Positions 19,579 to 29,532 are shown, counted from the first letter of the stretch. The stretch is DNA of 64,000 bases from Candidatus Marinacidobacterales bacterium (GCA_965219415.1 CBDCNP010000002.1:160001-224000), one strand, 5' to 3'. Program-made: numbers and translations. Notes: generated from the sequence alone by a model not told the origin.

Positions 19579-20867
19579 TCCGAGAACCTCGTTGCAATCG
19601 ATCGAGCGTGCGCCTCGAACCCCTCGGCGCGGGCGAAGGCTTCGATGTCGTTTCGGTCCCGTGACAATTTCTCGCGACTATAGCGAATGAGGCTCGATCG
19701 CTTGATGAAATCATAAACACCCAGCGGAGACGCGAATCGCGCCGTGCCTCCGGTCGGCAGAACATGGTTGGGACCCGCGTAGAAATCTCCGATCGGCACC
19801 GGGGAGCTCGCACCCATAAAGATCGCTCCTGCATTCCTAACGCGTTGCGCTAGTGCTTCGGCGCCGTCGGCCATGATCTCGAGATGCTCGGGAGCCAACT
19901 CGTCGACCAACGCCACTCCTTGATCCAGATCGCAGACCAAGATCGCGGCGCCGTGTTTCTCGAGTACGGTGCGGATCATGGGGGCGCGCGGGAGGCCTTC
20001 CATCTGTTTGAGTATCTCGACGGCGACGGCGTCGATGAGCTCACGGGATGTGCAGACCAGAATAGCTCGCTCGTCTCCCGAACCGTGCTCGGCCTGAGAC
20101 AGCAGGTCGGCCGCCACGTATGCTGGATCGGCCGCGCCGTCCGCAAGCACGACGATTTCGCTAGGGCCGGCGAGAGAATCGATTCCCACGACGCCGTAGA
20201 GGAGTTTTTTCGCGCTCGTGACGTAGGCATTGCCGGGCCCGACGATCTTATCGACGCGCGGGACCCTTGCCGTGCCGAAGGCCATGGCGGCGACCGCCTG
20301 TGCGCCACCGACGCGAAACACCTCGGTCAGCCCAAGATCTTCGATCGCCGCGGCAAGGGCAGGTGAACGCTCGATCGTGCCGGGGGGTGTGCAGACGACG
20401 ATTCGGCGCACACCAGCGATCTGCGCCGGTACCGTATTCATGATGAGAGTCGACGGGTAGACCGCCTCCCCTCCTGGCACATAGACACCGACCGTATCGA
20501 GGGCACAGATCTTTTGCCCCACCAGGCTGCCGTCTTCGAGCTCAATGCTCCAGCTGGCTTCCTTCTGCCGTTCGTGGAAGCGACGGACGTTGTCTGCGGC
20601 GTTCACCAGTACCGACCGAATTGCCTGGGTAGCATTGGCTGCTTCGGCTGCGATCTGCCGGGCATCCACGCGCAATTCGTTTGGTCCGAGGCGGACACCG
20701 TCTAGCCTCTCCGCGAGCTCGACCAACGCATCATCCCCTTCGAATCGTACGGAACGAATGATCTCTTCGACACGCGTCACAATCTCAGGAGGTGTCACGC
20801 CCGCACCGGAGAGGCCCTCTCCCCGTTCGGTGAGGAAATCGTCCGGATTTTCGAACACGCGAATCAT
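19575..20867 (-). CDS. hisD: Histidinol dehydrogenase
   Basis: GVYVPGG, GGAQA, GPGNAYV, AGPSE, QAEH, APEHLE, NHVLPT. Confidence 0.97.
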   Translation of the reverse strand: MIRVFENPDDFLTERGEGLSGAGVTPPEIVTRVEEIIRSVRFEGDDALVELAERLDGVRLGPNELRVDARQIAAEAANATQAIRSVLVNAADNVRRFHERQKEASWSIELEDGSLVGQKICALDTVGVYVPGGEAVYPSTLIMNTVPAQIAGVRRIVVCTPPGTIERSPALAAAIEDLGLTEVFRVGGAQAVAAMAFGTARVPRVDKIVGPGNAYVTSAKKLLYGVVGIDSLAGPSEIVVLADGAADPAYVAADLLSQAEHGSGDERAILVCTSRELIDAVAVEILKQMEGLPRAPMIRTVLEKHGAAILVCDLDQGVALVDELAPEHLEIMADGAEALAQRVRNAGAIFMGASSPVPIGDFYAGPNHVLPTGGTARFASPLGVYDFIKRSSLIRYSREKLSRDRNDIEAFARAEGFEAHARSIATRFSE

Positions 20868-21502
20868 TGCTCCACCTCGCGGGCCAAAGACGAAACGAAC
20901 TCACCCAAGACGCGCCCCTTGAGCCGAAAGCTGGCCCGGTTGATGATGAGCCTCGCCGTGCTCTCGAAGAGCACTTCATCGATTTCCAGCCCGTTGGCCG
21001 CCATGGTTTTACCGGTTTGCAGGAGGTCGACGATGCAATCCGCCAACCCCAGGACCGGGGCGAGCTCGACCGAGCCGGAAAGGAGAATGACTTCCACCGG
21101 AATTCCGTGACCGTGAAAGTAGCGAGACGCTACTTCGGGATACTTCGTCGCAACTCTCACCAATGGCAGATCCCGATAAGCCCCGGGTCGCTGATTCTGA
21201 TCACGAGCCACCACCATCTGACAGCGACCAATGCGTAAGTCGAGCGGCTGGTAGACGTCCGGGTTGATCTCGGAAAGAACATCGTTTCCGACGATGCCGG
21301 CATCGACGACGCCGTGCTCGACGTAAGTCGGCACGTCGCGATCCTTTACGAGCACCGACGACTGATCTCGCCTGTTCGAGACGTGCAACTTCCTGGCCTC
21401 GCGGACGTCGTTCGGAAGGGCGAAGCCCGAGCGCGTGAGAAGCGCCACCGTTTCGTCGAAGATCCTGCCGGTGGGAAGCGCCAGGCGTATGGCGGTCGTC
21501 AA
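20864..21502 (-). CDS. hisG: ATP phosphoribosyltransferase, short form
   Basis: DVPTYVEHG, VATKYP, GSVELAP, CIVDL; lacks C-terminal regulatory domain. Confidence 0.95.
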   Translation of the reverse strand: MTTAIRLALPTGRIFDETVALLTRSGFALPNDVREARKLHVSNRRDQSSVLVKDRDVPTYVEHGVVDAGIVGNDVLSEINPDVYQPLDLRIGRCQMVVARDQNQRPGAYRDLPLVRVATKYPEVASRYFHGHGIPVEVILLSGSVELAPVLGLADCIVDLLQTGKTMAANGLEIDEVLFESTARLIINRASFRLKGRVLGEFVSSLAREVEQ

Positions 21503-22584
21503 CCTAACCTCACCTTCTCGCCCTTTCGCCGGCGTTCCATGGCTTCCCCGAGAGCTCGCGCGGGTTCTTTCTCGAGGGTGATGGCTTTCGACGCTGGTTT
21601 GGGCGGGAGCTTTTTCTCGTCGACCTTGTGCGCCAAGCGATCGAGGGACAAGGAAAAACCAACCGCTGGATGCGGCATACCGAATTTCGTTAGGAGGGAG
21701 TCGTATCGACCTCCTCCACCAAGCTCCAGCCCAGTGCCCGGTGCGTGAAGCTCGAAGATCATTCCCGTGTAGTAATCAAAATCTCGAACCTCGCCGAGAT
21801 CAAATTGGATGCGGTCGCCGAAGCCGAGAGCATGAAGCTCTTTGGAAATGGCACCGAGCCGTTCCAACGCGGCTTGGCTCTCCGGCCGAGTGGCAACGGC
21901 CTGCGCTCGATCGAGGATCTCGAGGCCGCCGAACAAACGCATCGCTTCCAAGACCGCGGTCGGCACTACTCTTCCCAGAACGGCACCGGCGCGATCGGCA
22001 TTTCGAGCTCGCATCGCTTCTAGAAGTTCTGGCTGGACGCCCGGTGATACCTCCGAATCCTCGAGCACACCGACCAAGAAACCTGTATGCCCGAGCGTCA
22101 GGACCGCGTCGTTCACCCCCAGTCGCCCCAGTGCCTCGAAGGCCACGAGCAATACTTCCAAATCGGCGGCCAATCCGTTGCCGATGTGCTCTAGGCCGAT
22201 TTGAAAGAGCTCCTTTTGTTGTCCCGCCTGGGGCGGTTGGTACCTGAGCACTTCGCCGCTGTAGAAAAGTCGCAATGGCAGCGAGCGGTCTTGCATCCGG
22301 GAGGCAACGACTTTGGCCACCAGTGCGGTGAAGTCGGGCCGGAGCGCCAACAACTCCCCCGCCCGCCCGATGAAACGATAGATCTGCTCGGCGAAACTGG
22401 GCCCACCGGCACGCGCAAAGACCTCGTAGTAGTCGAAGAGAGGGACGATAATTTCTTCGTACGACCAGCCGGAAAAGACGTCACCGACCACCCGCTCCAC
22501 TTGCTTGCGGAGTCGCGCCTCGCGCCCGTAGAAGCATTGCACTCCTGAGGGTATCTGTAGGTTAGAGCGTTGATTCATAGCCAC
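21499..22584 (-). CDS. hisZ: ATP phosphoribosyltransferase regulatory subunit
   Basis: HisRS-like LRPDFT, YYTG, GGGRYD; no anticodon-binding domain; adjacent to short hisG. Confidence 0.92.
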   Translation of the reverse strand: MAMNQRSNLQIPSGVQCFYGREARLRKQVERVVGDVFSGWSYEEIIVPLFDYYEVFARAGGPSFAEQIYRFIGRAGELLALRPDFTALVAKVVASRMQDRSLPLRLFYSGEVLRYQPPQAGQQKELFQIGLEHIGNGLAADLEVLLVAFEALGRLGVNDAVLTLGHTGFLVGVLEDSEVSPGVQPELLEAMRARNADRAGAVLGRVVPTAVLEAMRLFGGLEILDRAQAVATRPESQAALERLGAISKELHALGFGDRIQFDLGEVRDFDYYTGMIFELHAPGTGLELGGGGRYDSLLTKFGMPHPAVGFSLSLDRLAHKVDEKKLPPKPASKAITLEKEPARALGEAMERRRKGEKVRLG

Positions 22585-22663
22585 TGCCGCTTTCGGGCGT
22601 CAAAGAAGGGCGGGAGGCAAACTGCGACCTCGCCACACGCCAGATCAGACCCCTGTGACATTA

Positions 22664-24184
22664 TTAGCTCTGACCCCAGCGTCGGTGCATTTCGGCTCGG
22701 GCCGCGCTTTCCATGACCCCCGCGTCTCCCGTCCTTCCGGTCCACAACTTCGACTGCCGCACCGCCTGGGCCACAAGCATCTCGAGACCCGGCACCGCGA
22801 AAGCCTTTCTATCTCTGGCCAACTCGAGGATCTCCGTTTTCTCCAGGTCGTAAATCATATCCAGAACAAGAGCACCGGGCCGGAACGCCTCGATCTGCTC
22901 CGCGGAGTCAACGTCGATCAGTCCTTCATATAAAGGAGTGGCGTTGACCAAGATATCCCATCGATGAGCGGCAAACTCGCCTATTTCGCCCGCATCTCCC
23001 CCTACGAGGTCGGCGACGCTGCGTGCTTGCTCCAACCTGCGCGCGAGAACCACGACCTCGGCCCCCGCCTGTCCCAATCCAACTGCGGCGGCGCGGGCCG
23101 CCCCACCACCACCAAGAACTAACGCGCGTTTCCCTTCGATACGGAGACGACGGGACACCGGATCCACGACCCCTTCCACGTCGGTATTGAACCCGCACCA
23201 CCGTCCGCCTCGAGCGACAACCGTGTTGACCGCCCCCGGCTCCTCGGCCGACCGATCCACGTCGCCTAGGAAGGGCAGGATAGATTCCTTGAACGGCCGG
23301 GTTACGGAAAAGCCGGCGACACCGAGCTCCTTGGCGGCTGGAACGAAGAGAGCGAGACTCTCTTCTTCAAAGGGAACGTAGATCGCGTTCAATCCGGCAT
23401 GGGCGAATTGGGCGTTGTGCATCGCCGGCGAGAGGCTACCGAGCGCCGGCCGCCCGAGTATCCCGTAGATTTTTGTTGTCGCGTCTACCGTCCGGAAACG
23501 GTAAGTGCTCAGGAGCTCGTCGAGATCGAGCTGTCCTGGACCCGTCGCAGGTAATCCGCGCGCCGCGGCATAGGTGAGGTTGCCGCCTAGCCGATTGGCG
23601 ATCACCCGACCGGCGGTCCCGGCGGGGCCCATAGGGATCGGAGCGAATCCGACGCCACGGCTTCGAGCAAGTCGACCCGCCTCGCCGAGCCGAACCACAT
23701 CGGCAAGCGAGCCTGCCCGCGCCGCCACCTTGACGATATCGGCGCCCGCTACCGCGGCGCGCTCAACGATCTCCGACAAATCGTCCGGCATCCCATCGAA
23801 TTTGTGGTGAGACAGAATCAGCCGTGAAGAAGTTTCCATCGTACGAAGCTCGTCGGAGAAGGAGTCCAGTTCGATGTCAACGAAGTCGAAGCCCAACCCC
23901 ATAGCCCGTCGCAAAATCTCGAGGCGCTCGCGCTCCGAGCCCTGGAACACTCCTCCCTCTCGCCGAGTGCGGCAGGTAAGGATTAGAGGCCTGGTGCCCG
24001 CCCTCCGTAGGCCTTCTAAATCGAGGTCTTGGAGAGCGTCAACGCGAAGCTCCACGAGGTCTGCACCCTCGCAGGCGTCCTCAGCAGCCCGCCGCATTTC
24101 CTCGGCGGTAGACGCCATAACCGCCGCCACTACGCGAGTCGCAGCCCCCGCCAAGATGGGGTCGGTTCCCCTCTTTGTATCCAA
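22664..24184 (-). CDS. aroE: Fused type I 3-dehydroquinate dehydratase/shikimate dehydrogenase (start uncertain)
   Basis: AroD part: DLVELRVD, TCR..EGG, VDIE, SHH, DIVK, GQL. AroE part: SLSPAMHN, SVTRPFK, AVNT, NTD, GGGGAA, NATP. Confidence 0.92.
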   Translation of the reverse strand: MDTKRGTDPILAGAATRVVAAVMASTAEEMRRAAEDACEGADLVELRVDALQDLDLEGLRRAGTRPLILTCRTRREGGVFQGSERERLEILRRAMGLGFDFVDIELDSFSDELRTMETSSRLILSHHKFDGMPDDLSEIVERAAVAGADIVKVAARAGSLADVVRLGEAGRLARSRGVGFAPIPMGPAGTAGRVIANRLGGNLTYAAARGLPATGPGQLDLDELLSTYRFRTVDATTKIYGILGRPALGSLSPAMHNAQFAHAGLNAIYVPFEEESLALFVPAAKELGVAGFSVTRPFKESILPFLGDVDRSAEEPGAVNTVVARGGRWCGFNTDVEGVVDPVSRRLRIEGKRALVLGGGGAARAAAVGLGQAGAEVVVLARRLEQARSVADLVGGDAGEIGEFAAHRWDILVNATPLYEGLIDVDSAEQIEAFRPGALVLDMIYDLEKTEILELARDRKAFAVPGLEMLVAQAVRQSKLWTGRTGDAGVMESAARAEMHRRWGQS

Positions 24185-24214
24185 AAAAAAACCTCTTCAG
24201 GCGACCTGAAGAGG
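24183..24214 (-). terminator. Intrinsic (attenuator) terminator upstream of the aro/his operon
   Basis: Minus strand CCTCTTCAGG-TCG-CCTGAAGAGG followed by T9; perfect 10-bp stem. Confidence 0.9.
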
Positions 24215-24304
24215 AAAATACCGTCCGGCATCTTACATCCCCAGGCTCCCTATTGTGGCCGGCGTGTCAACGTGTCAGCGTGACACGCCGGGCTAGGCGC
24301 CCAG

Positions 24305-24424
24305 CTAGGCCCCGTAATGGTACCGATGGTACGTAAGATGCGCGAAACTACCGTCTGTACAAGCCCCGAGACACGGAAACGCCTTCAACGCCGTCATCGC
24401 TAGCACTGTCACTCGTGGGCTCAT
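24305..24424 (-). CDS. Leader peptide of the his/aro operon (39 aa, His/Tyr/Phe-rich end)
   Basis: MSPRVTVLAMTALKAFPCLGACTDGSFAHLTYHRYHYGA*; AAGG upstream; alternative in-frame ATG at 24397; lies between promoter and terminator. Confidence 0.8.
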   Translation of the reverse strand: MSPRVTVLAMTALKAFPCLGACTDGSFAHLTYHRYHYGA

Positions 24425-24443
24425 TTTCGACCTTGCGCTTCAA

Positions 24444-24472
24444 ACGCTACACCCGCCACTTTTTCATGTCAA
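24444..24472 (-). promoter_or_regulatory. Sigma70-type promoter of the leader/operon
   Basis: TTGACA (24472-24467), 17 bp spacer, TAGCGT (24449-24444). Confidence 0.7.
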
Positions 24473-24614
24473 GTGACACTCCAGTTCCATGAGTCGCACC
24501 ACCCGCAATTTTCTGAGTTGGCGAGCACTCTTTTCTTGTAACGTCACCGCTCGGGTGCTATATAAAAAAGGTTCTCGATTTCATCGTGGACCCGAATCGA
24601 GGCGCGCCGTGAAT

Positions 24615-25136
24615 ATGAACCGGATCTTGAGATCCGTCGTTTTCTTTAAACACGTCAGCGACCGTCATGTCCATCAACTGGTGGACATGGCGCGACTGCA
24701 AACCGTAGAGAACGGAGAGGTCGTCTTCTCCGAAGGTGAGGCCGAGAACCACCTCTACCTGATCGAGAGCGGCCGTATTCAGATCTCTCGCGATGGGCCT
24801 CACTTTGGCCGCCAAACCTTCGCGCTCCTCGGCCCCGGAGATCACTTCGGCACCTTGTCGCTCTTCTACCCCGATCCCCACTTCGCGTCGGCCATCGCTG
24901 TCGAGTCGACGCGCCTTTGGATCATCCGCCACGACGACTTCCAGGCCTGCCTCCGGAAACAACCGAAGCTTGCCTTCGCAGTCCTCAAGGGAATGGTGCT
25001 CGGCATCCGAACCGCCAACGGCGAAATCCGACGGCTGACGACACTCTTCGATCAACGATCTCGCTCGGCAATCGAGCTGCCCACAAAAGGACGCTCGACT
25101 CACCCATCGGTCCCACTCCCACCCCCGACGAATTGA
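24615..25136 (+). CDS. Cyclic-nucleotide-binding (Crp/Fnr-like) domain protein without evident HTH
   Basis: VFSEGE..LYLIESGRI, LGPGDHFG, ASAIA. Confidence 0.85.
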   Translation: MNRILRSVVFFKHVSDRHVHQLVDMARLQTVENGEVVFSEGEAENHLYLIESGRIQISRDGPHFGRQTFALLGPGDHFGTLSLFYPDPHFASAIAVESTRLWIIRHDDFQACLRKQPKLAFAVLKGMVLGIRTANGEIRRLTTLFDQRSRSAIELPTKGRSTHPSVPLPPPTN

Positions 25137-25219
25137 CCCCGGCGGAACCTTCCGGAGTAACAGACCCCGGAAAACCTTGATTCGTCTCTGTTTAAGGGAA
25201 CACATCAGACGAGAGGGTT

Positions 25220-25248
25220 TTGACGGTGCCCTTCCTTTGAACTATCAT
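25220..25248 (+). promoter_or_regulatory. Sigma70-type promoter of the S55 peptidase operon
   Basis: TTGACG, 17 bp spacer, TATCAT. Confidence 0.6.
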
Positions 25249-25256
25249 TAGGGTCG

Positions 25257-27218
25257 GTGAGTCATTCGCCCACAACTTCTTCCGTGTTGCCGACGCGGAT
25301 TCTCGAGGTTCACTTAGGAATGCCCATATCCAGCAGTCGAAAGCTGAAGAGGCGTCTGCCGCTCGTCATTCTCTGGCTCTGGCTTTTCACCGTTTCCTTG
25401 CTTCCCACGCTCGGTGCGGCCTCCCAGGGTGTCGAGACCATTTCGATCGATGCGGTCGAGCCCGGCATGGTAGGTGAAGGTCGCACCGTCTTTTCCGCCG
25501 AGCAGATCGAGACGTTCAAGGTCACGATCATGGGTGTGCTGCGGAACTATGGCCCCAACCAAAACATGATTTTGGCCAAGCTCGAAGGCGGCCCCCTCGC
25601 CGAGACCGGGGTGATCGCCGGAATGAGCGGCAGCCCGGTCTACATTGACGGGAAACTGCTCGGAGCGGTGGCCTACTCCTTCCCGTTCTCCAAGGAACCT
25701 ATCACGGGAATCACCCCCATCTCAGAAATGATCGAAGCCACCGCGACGCCCATTTCACGACGCAAGGTGGCGAAGCTCGACTTTCCGCTCACACCGGAGC
25801 GACTGCGGACCGTCGCACCTCATCGGGTGCGGCCGGTCGCAATCCAGGGCGCGTCGCTCAGCGGAGTCGACCAACTCCGGCCGTATCTGGGGAAACTCCT
25901 TTCTCCTATTGCCACGCCCGCATCACTCAACGGCTTTCTCCCGGAGACCTACGACATTGCGGCCCCTTTGCTGCGGGCGCTCGGGATGGAACCCTTGCTC
26001 GGCGGCGCGATGGTGCCAGGGCTCCAGACCGGCAGCGAGATCGCGGAAATCACCACGCCCAACTCCGAGCTCACGCTGCAGCCGGGCGATGCCGTCGGAG
26101 TAGGACTCATCACGGGAGACATGGATATAAGCGCCACTGGCACCGTGACCCATGTCGACTCATTAACCGGAAGCGTTTACGCGTTCGGCCATCCTCTCTT
26201 CAACCTCGGCCCCATCGAATACCCGATGACCAGAGCCAAGGTGCACTTGGTCCTACCGAGCCTCTACAGCTCCTTCAAGCTGGCGAGCTCCGGCCCTACG
26301 GTGGGAACCTGGCTGCAGGATCGCCACACCGCCATCAAAGGAGCACTTGGTAGCCGGCCGAAGATGATTCCCCTGTCGGTCCGGGTAAAGACCAGTCGAG
26401 AACTAGAGAGATCCTATAACCTCAAGATCGTCAACGACGAGCTCTTCTCACCGGTGCTGGCCTACGTGTCGCTGATGTCCATTCTTCAGTCCACCGAAAG
26501 ACAATTCGGAACTGCAACGGTGAAGGTCTCGGCCTGGATTTCTCTGGTGGACGAGCGACGGGTGCACATCGAGGACATCTTCGCGGACCAGCAACCCGCG
26601 TTGTCTGCATCCGCCATGGCGGCAGCCCCCCTATCCTTCCTCATGACCAACGACTTCCAGAAAGTCGAAGTGGAATCAATGGAGGTCTCGATCGAGGCCA
26701 CCGAGAGCCCGCAAACCGCACGCTTGGTTCGCGCGTGGCTGGACACCGATCGCGTCGCCCCGGGCGGCACCATCTCGTTGAAGCTTTTGCTGCGCTCCTA
26801 TCGTGGTGAGGACGTACTGAAGACGGTCGACGTCGCCATTCCAACCAACGTCGGCGAAGGCAAGCTCAAGCTCCTGGTTGCCGATGCGACCACCATTTCA
26901 GCAATGGAACGTCGCGAGGCGCACAATCGCTTCGAGCCGCGCAATCTGGATCAGCTCATTCGCGCGCTCAACGCACTGCGAAAGAACAATCGCCTTTATG
27001 TGAAGTTGACCAGTCCCGATCGCGAAGGGGCCATCGTCGCGGGAGAGTACCTCTCCTCCCTGCCCCCGAGTGTAATGAACGTCTTGAAAGCAGACCGCTC
27101 GAGCGCGAGCTATATTCCTATCAACAGCTCGACCCTATGGGAGTACGAGCTGGTCACCGATTACAGCCTCAGCGGCGCGCGCGTTCTCGAGATCACGGTG
27201 GGCAACCTTCAAAACTAG
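25257..27218 (+). CDS. SpoIVB-like peptidase S55 domain protein, exported (start probably 25320)
   Basis: GVIAGMSGSPVYIDGKLLGAV, ATGTVT, AFGHP. Confidence 0.88.
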   Translation: MSHSPTTSSVLPTRILEVHLGMPISSSRKLKRRLPLVILWLWLFTVSLLPTLGAASQGVETISIDAVEPGMVGEGRTVFSAEQIETFKVTIMGVLRNYGPNQNMILAKLEGGPLAETGVIAGMSGSPVYIDGKLLGAVAYSFPFSKEPITGITPISEMIEATATPISRRKVAKLDFPLTPERLRTVAPHRVRPVAIQGASLSGVDQLRPYLGKLLSPIATPASLNGFLPETYDIAAPLLRALGMEPLLGGAMVPGLQTGSEIAEITTPNSELTLQPGDAVGVGLITGDMDISATGTVTHVDSLTGSVYAFGHPLFNLGPIEYPMTRAKVHLVLPSLYSSFKLASSGPTVGTWLQDRHTAIKGALGSRPKMIPLSVRVKTSRELERSYNLKIVNDELFSPVLAYVSLMSILQSTERQFGTATVKVSAWISLVDERRVHIEDIFADQQPALSASAMAAAPLSFLMTNDFQKVEVESMEVSIEATESPQTARLVRAWLDTDRVAPGGTISLKLLLRSYRGEDVLKTVDVAIPTNVGEGKLKLLVADATTISAMERREAHNRFEPRNLDQLIRALNALRKNNRLYVKLTSPDREGAIVAGEYLSSLPPSVMNVLKADRSSASYIPINSSTLWEYELVTDYSLSGARVLEITVGNLQN

Positions 27219-27268
27219 TGTAGTCCCGAGCTCGCACTCGAACCCCTCAGTCGAAAGGATAGAGATAG

Positions 27269-29521
27269 ATGCACCCCCACCACCGCCCCCTAGTTGTTGC
27301 TTTCTTGTCGGTCTGCGCATTCGCGACTTGGGTAATGGCAGGTCTGCCGACCTTCTGGACGCTAGAAGGCCAACCGGAGTTCCTGACCGGAGAGGTGGAC
27401 GGACTGTCGATCGCCAGCGACGGCGTCATGAGCCTCGCCCCCGCGACCCAAAACCTCTACGAGTCGACCGACCCGTTCTTTTGGAGCTTAGTTTCCGATC
27501 GAGAGGGCAATCTTTACGCCGGAAGCGGCAACAACGGGAAGGTCTACAAGGTGGACCGGGAAGGAAAAGCCACTGTGCTCGTGGACACCAACGAGCTCGA
27601 AGTCCACGGCTTGGCTCTCGACCGTCAAGGGCAAGTGTACGTTGCCACCTCACCGCGCGGCCGCGTGTACAAGGTTAACCGGGACGGAGAGCAACAGGTC
27701 TTCTTCGATCCTGACGATCGCTACATTTGGGCGCTCGCTTTCGACCCTGTCGGGAATCTTCTGGTCGCTACCGGCGACAAAGGCAATCTCTACCGCGTCA
27801 GCCCCTCCGGTGACAGCGAGGTCTTGTTTGCCAGCCAGGAAACGCATCTCATCTGTTTGACCACCGATGCCGACGGAAATATATACGCGGGGAGCGATTC
27901 CAATGGTCTGGTCTTCAAGATCGACTCCCGCGATCGTGTCTCTGTTCTTTTCGATACTCCGTTCCGAGAAGTTCGTGCACTCGTCGTCGACACCGCGGGC
28001 AACGTCTTTGCCGCCACTATCAGCGACACCAAGGGACCGGTGACGCCGACCACCGCGTCGCCGCTCCCCGGAGCGCCCCCTGCCGCGACGCCCCCTCAAG
28101 CCGCACCGGCGGAGGGTGCAACCGAGTCGGTCACGGTTACGGTTTCCGCTTCCCCGATGCCCGCCATGACTTCGACAACCGGAGTCGCCGGATTGCAAGG
28201 AGCGGTTTATCGCATCGGCCCCGAGGGCTCCGCCGAGAGACTCTGGGGGTCCTCTGAAGACCTCCCGCTTTCGCTCAAACTCGAGCGAGACGACCGGGTC
28301 ATGGTCGGAACCGGAAAGAAAGGTCGTATTTTCCTAGTCCGGCAAGACAAGACTAGCTCTTTGCTCCTTCGTGCCGAAGCCGATCAGGTCACGTCCATTT
28401 ATTCCAGCGATGGGCGCAATGTCTTCTTCGCGACCTCGAACCCCGCGAAGATCTATCGATTCGGCACCCGTCGCCGTTCTGAAGGCGAGTACCGCTCGCC
28501 CATCAAGGACACCGCGACCGTTTCTTCGTGGGGAAGGGTCCAGTGGGAAGGCCGCTCGCCGACCGGCACCGGTCTGGGTGTTCAAACGAGAACAGGCAAC
28601 TCCTCGAAACCCGACAATACGTGGAGCGACTGGTCCGCGCCATACACCAACTCCGGTGGCGAGCAGATCACCAGCCCCAAGGGCCGCTTTCTCCAATGGC
28701 GAGCAATCATGAAGACCTCCGACAGTGGCGCAACACCGGAGCTGCTGAAGCTCACTACGGTATACCTGCAACAAAACTTGAGTCCCGAGGTAACGGACAT
28801 CACCCTCCATCCCCCAGGCCTAACGTTCCAGAAACCCCTGGTAACCACCGGCGACATCGAAATTCTGGGTCTCGACGCCCCGCCCGATGCTCCAGGAACG
28901 TCGGACTCGGGAACCGCGAGTACCAACCCGTTTGGCGCTTCTAACCTTCCTCTGACCGCATATAGTCGGAACTTTCACCGAAAGGGTTACCAGACCGTGG
29001 TCTGGACAGCCATCGATCCCAACAATGACACGTTGAGCTACTGCGTTTCATACCGTGCGGAAGGCGAGAGCTCGTGGAAGCCCCTTCGCAAGAACCTACA
29101 TGAAGCGGTGATCGCTTGGGATACCGTGGCCATGCCAGACGGACGATACATGCTTAAGATCGTCGCCAGCGACGCTCCCAGCAACCCCCAAGCCTCTTCT
29201 CTCGCTGGAGAACGAGAGAGCAAACCGTTCGACGTCGATAACACCCCCCCAAGCGTGTCGGATCTGGTGGTGGTGCCGGCCGACGGTGGACATCGCCTGA
29301 CCTTCGTGGCCCTCGACGGCTCCAGCGCGGTACGGAAAGTCGAGTATGCTGTCGACTCCGGCCGGTGGCAGATGATCTATCCCGTCGACGGGATCGCAGA
29401 CTCCCAACGGGAAGAGTTCGACGTTACCGTCACGGGTTATTCCTGGGGGATGCATACGCTCGTTCTCAAGGTGACCGATCTACTTGGGAATGTGGTAACG
29501 GCGCGAGCCGAGCTCCGCTAA
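27269..29521 (+). CDS. Exported beta-propeller protein with C-terminal Ig-like domains
   Basis: Signal peptide; repeated D.xGNLYAG/GxVYxV blades; WSDWS; DNTPP. Confidence 0.75.
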   Translation: MHPHHRPLVVAFLSVCAFATWVMAGLPTFWTLEGQPEFLTGEVDGLSIASDGVMSLAPATQNLYESTDPFFWSLVSDREGNLYAGSGNNGKVYKVDREGKATVLVDTNELEVHGLALDRQGQVYVATSPRGRVYKVNRDGEQQVFFDPDDRYIWALAFDPVGNLLVATGDKGNLYRVSPSGDSEVLFASQETHLICLTTDADGNIYAGSDSNGLVFKIDSRDRVSVLFDTPFREVRALVVDTAGNVFAATISDTKGPVTPTTASPLPGAPPAATPPQAAPAEGATESVTVTVSASPMPAMTSTTGVAGLQGAVYRIGPEGSAERLWGSSEDLPLSLKLERDDRVMVGTGKKGRIFLVRQDKTSSLLLRAEADQVTSIYSSDGRNVFFATSNPAKIYRFGTRRRSEGEYRSPIKDTATVSSWGRVQWEGRSPTGTGLGVQTRTGNSSKPDNTWSDWSAPYTNSGGEQITSPKGRFLQWRAIMKTSDSGATPELLKLTTVYLQQNLSPEVTDITLHPPGLTFQKPLVTTGDIEILGLDAPPDAPGTSDSGTASTNPFGASNLPLTAYSRNFHRKGYQTVVWTAIDPNNDTLSYCVSYRAEGESSWKPLRKNLHEAVIAWDTVAMPDGRYMLKIVASDAPSNPQASSLAGERESKPFDVDNTPPSVSDLVVVPADGGHRLTFVALDGSSAVRKVEYAVDSGRWQMIYPVDGIADSQREEFDVTVTGYSWGMHTLVLKVTDLLGNVVTARAELR

Positions 29522-29532
29522 GAAGAGCTCTT

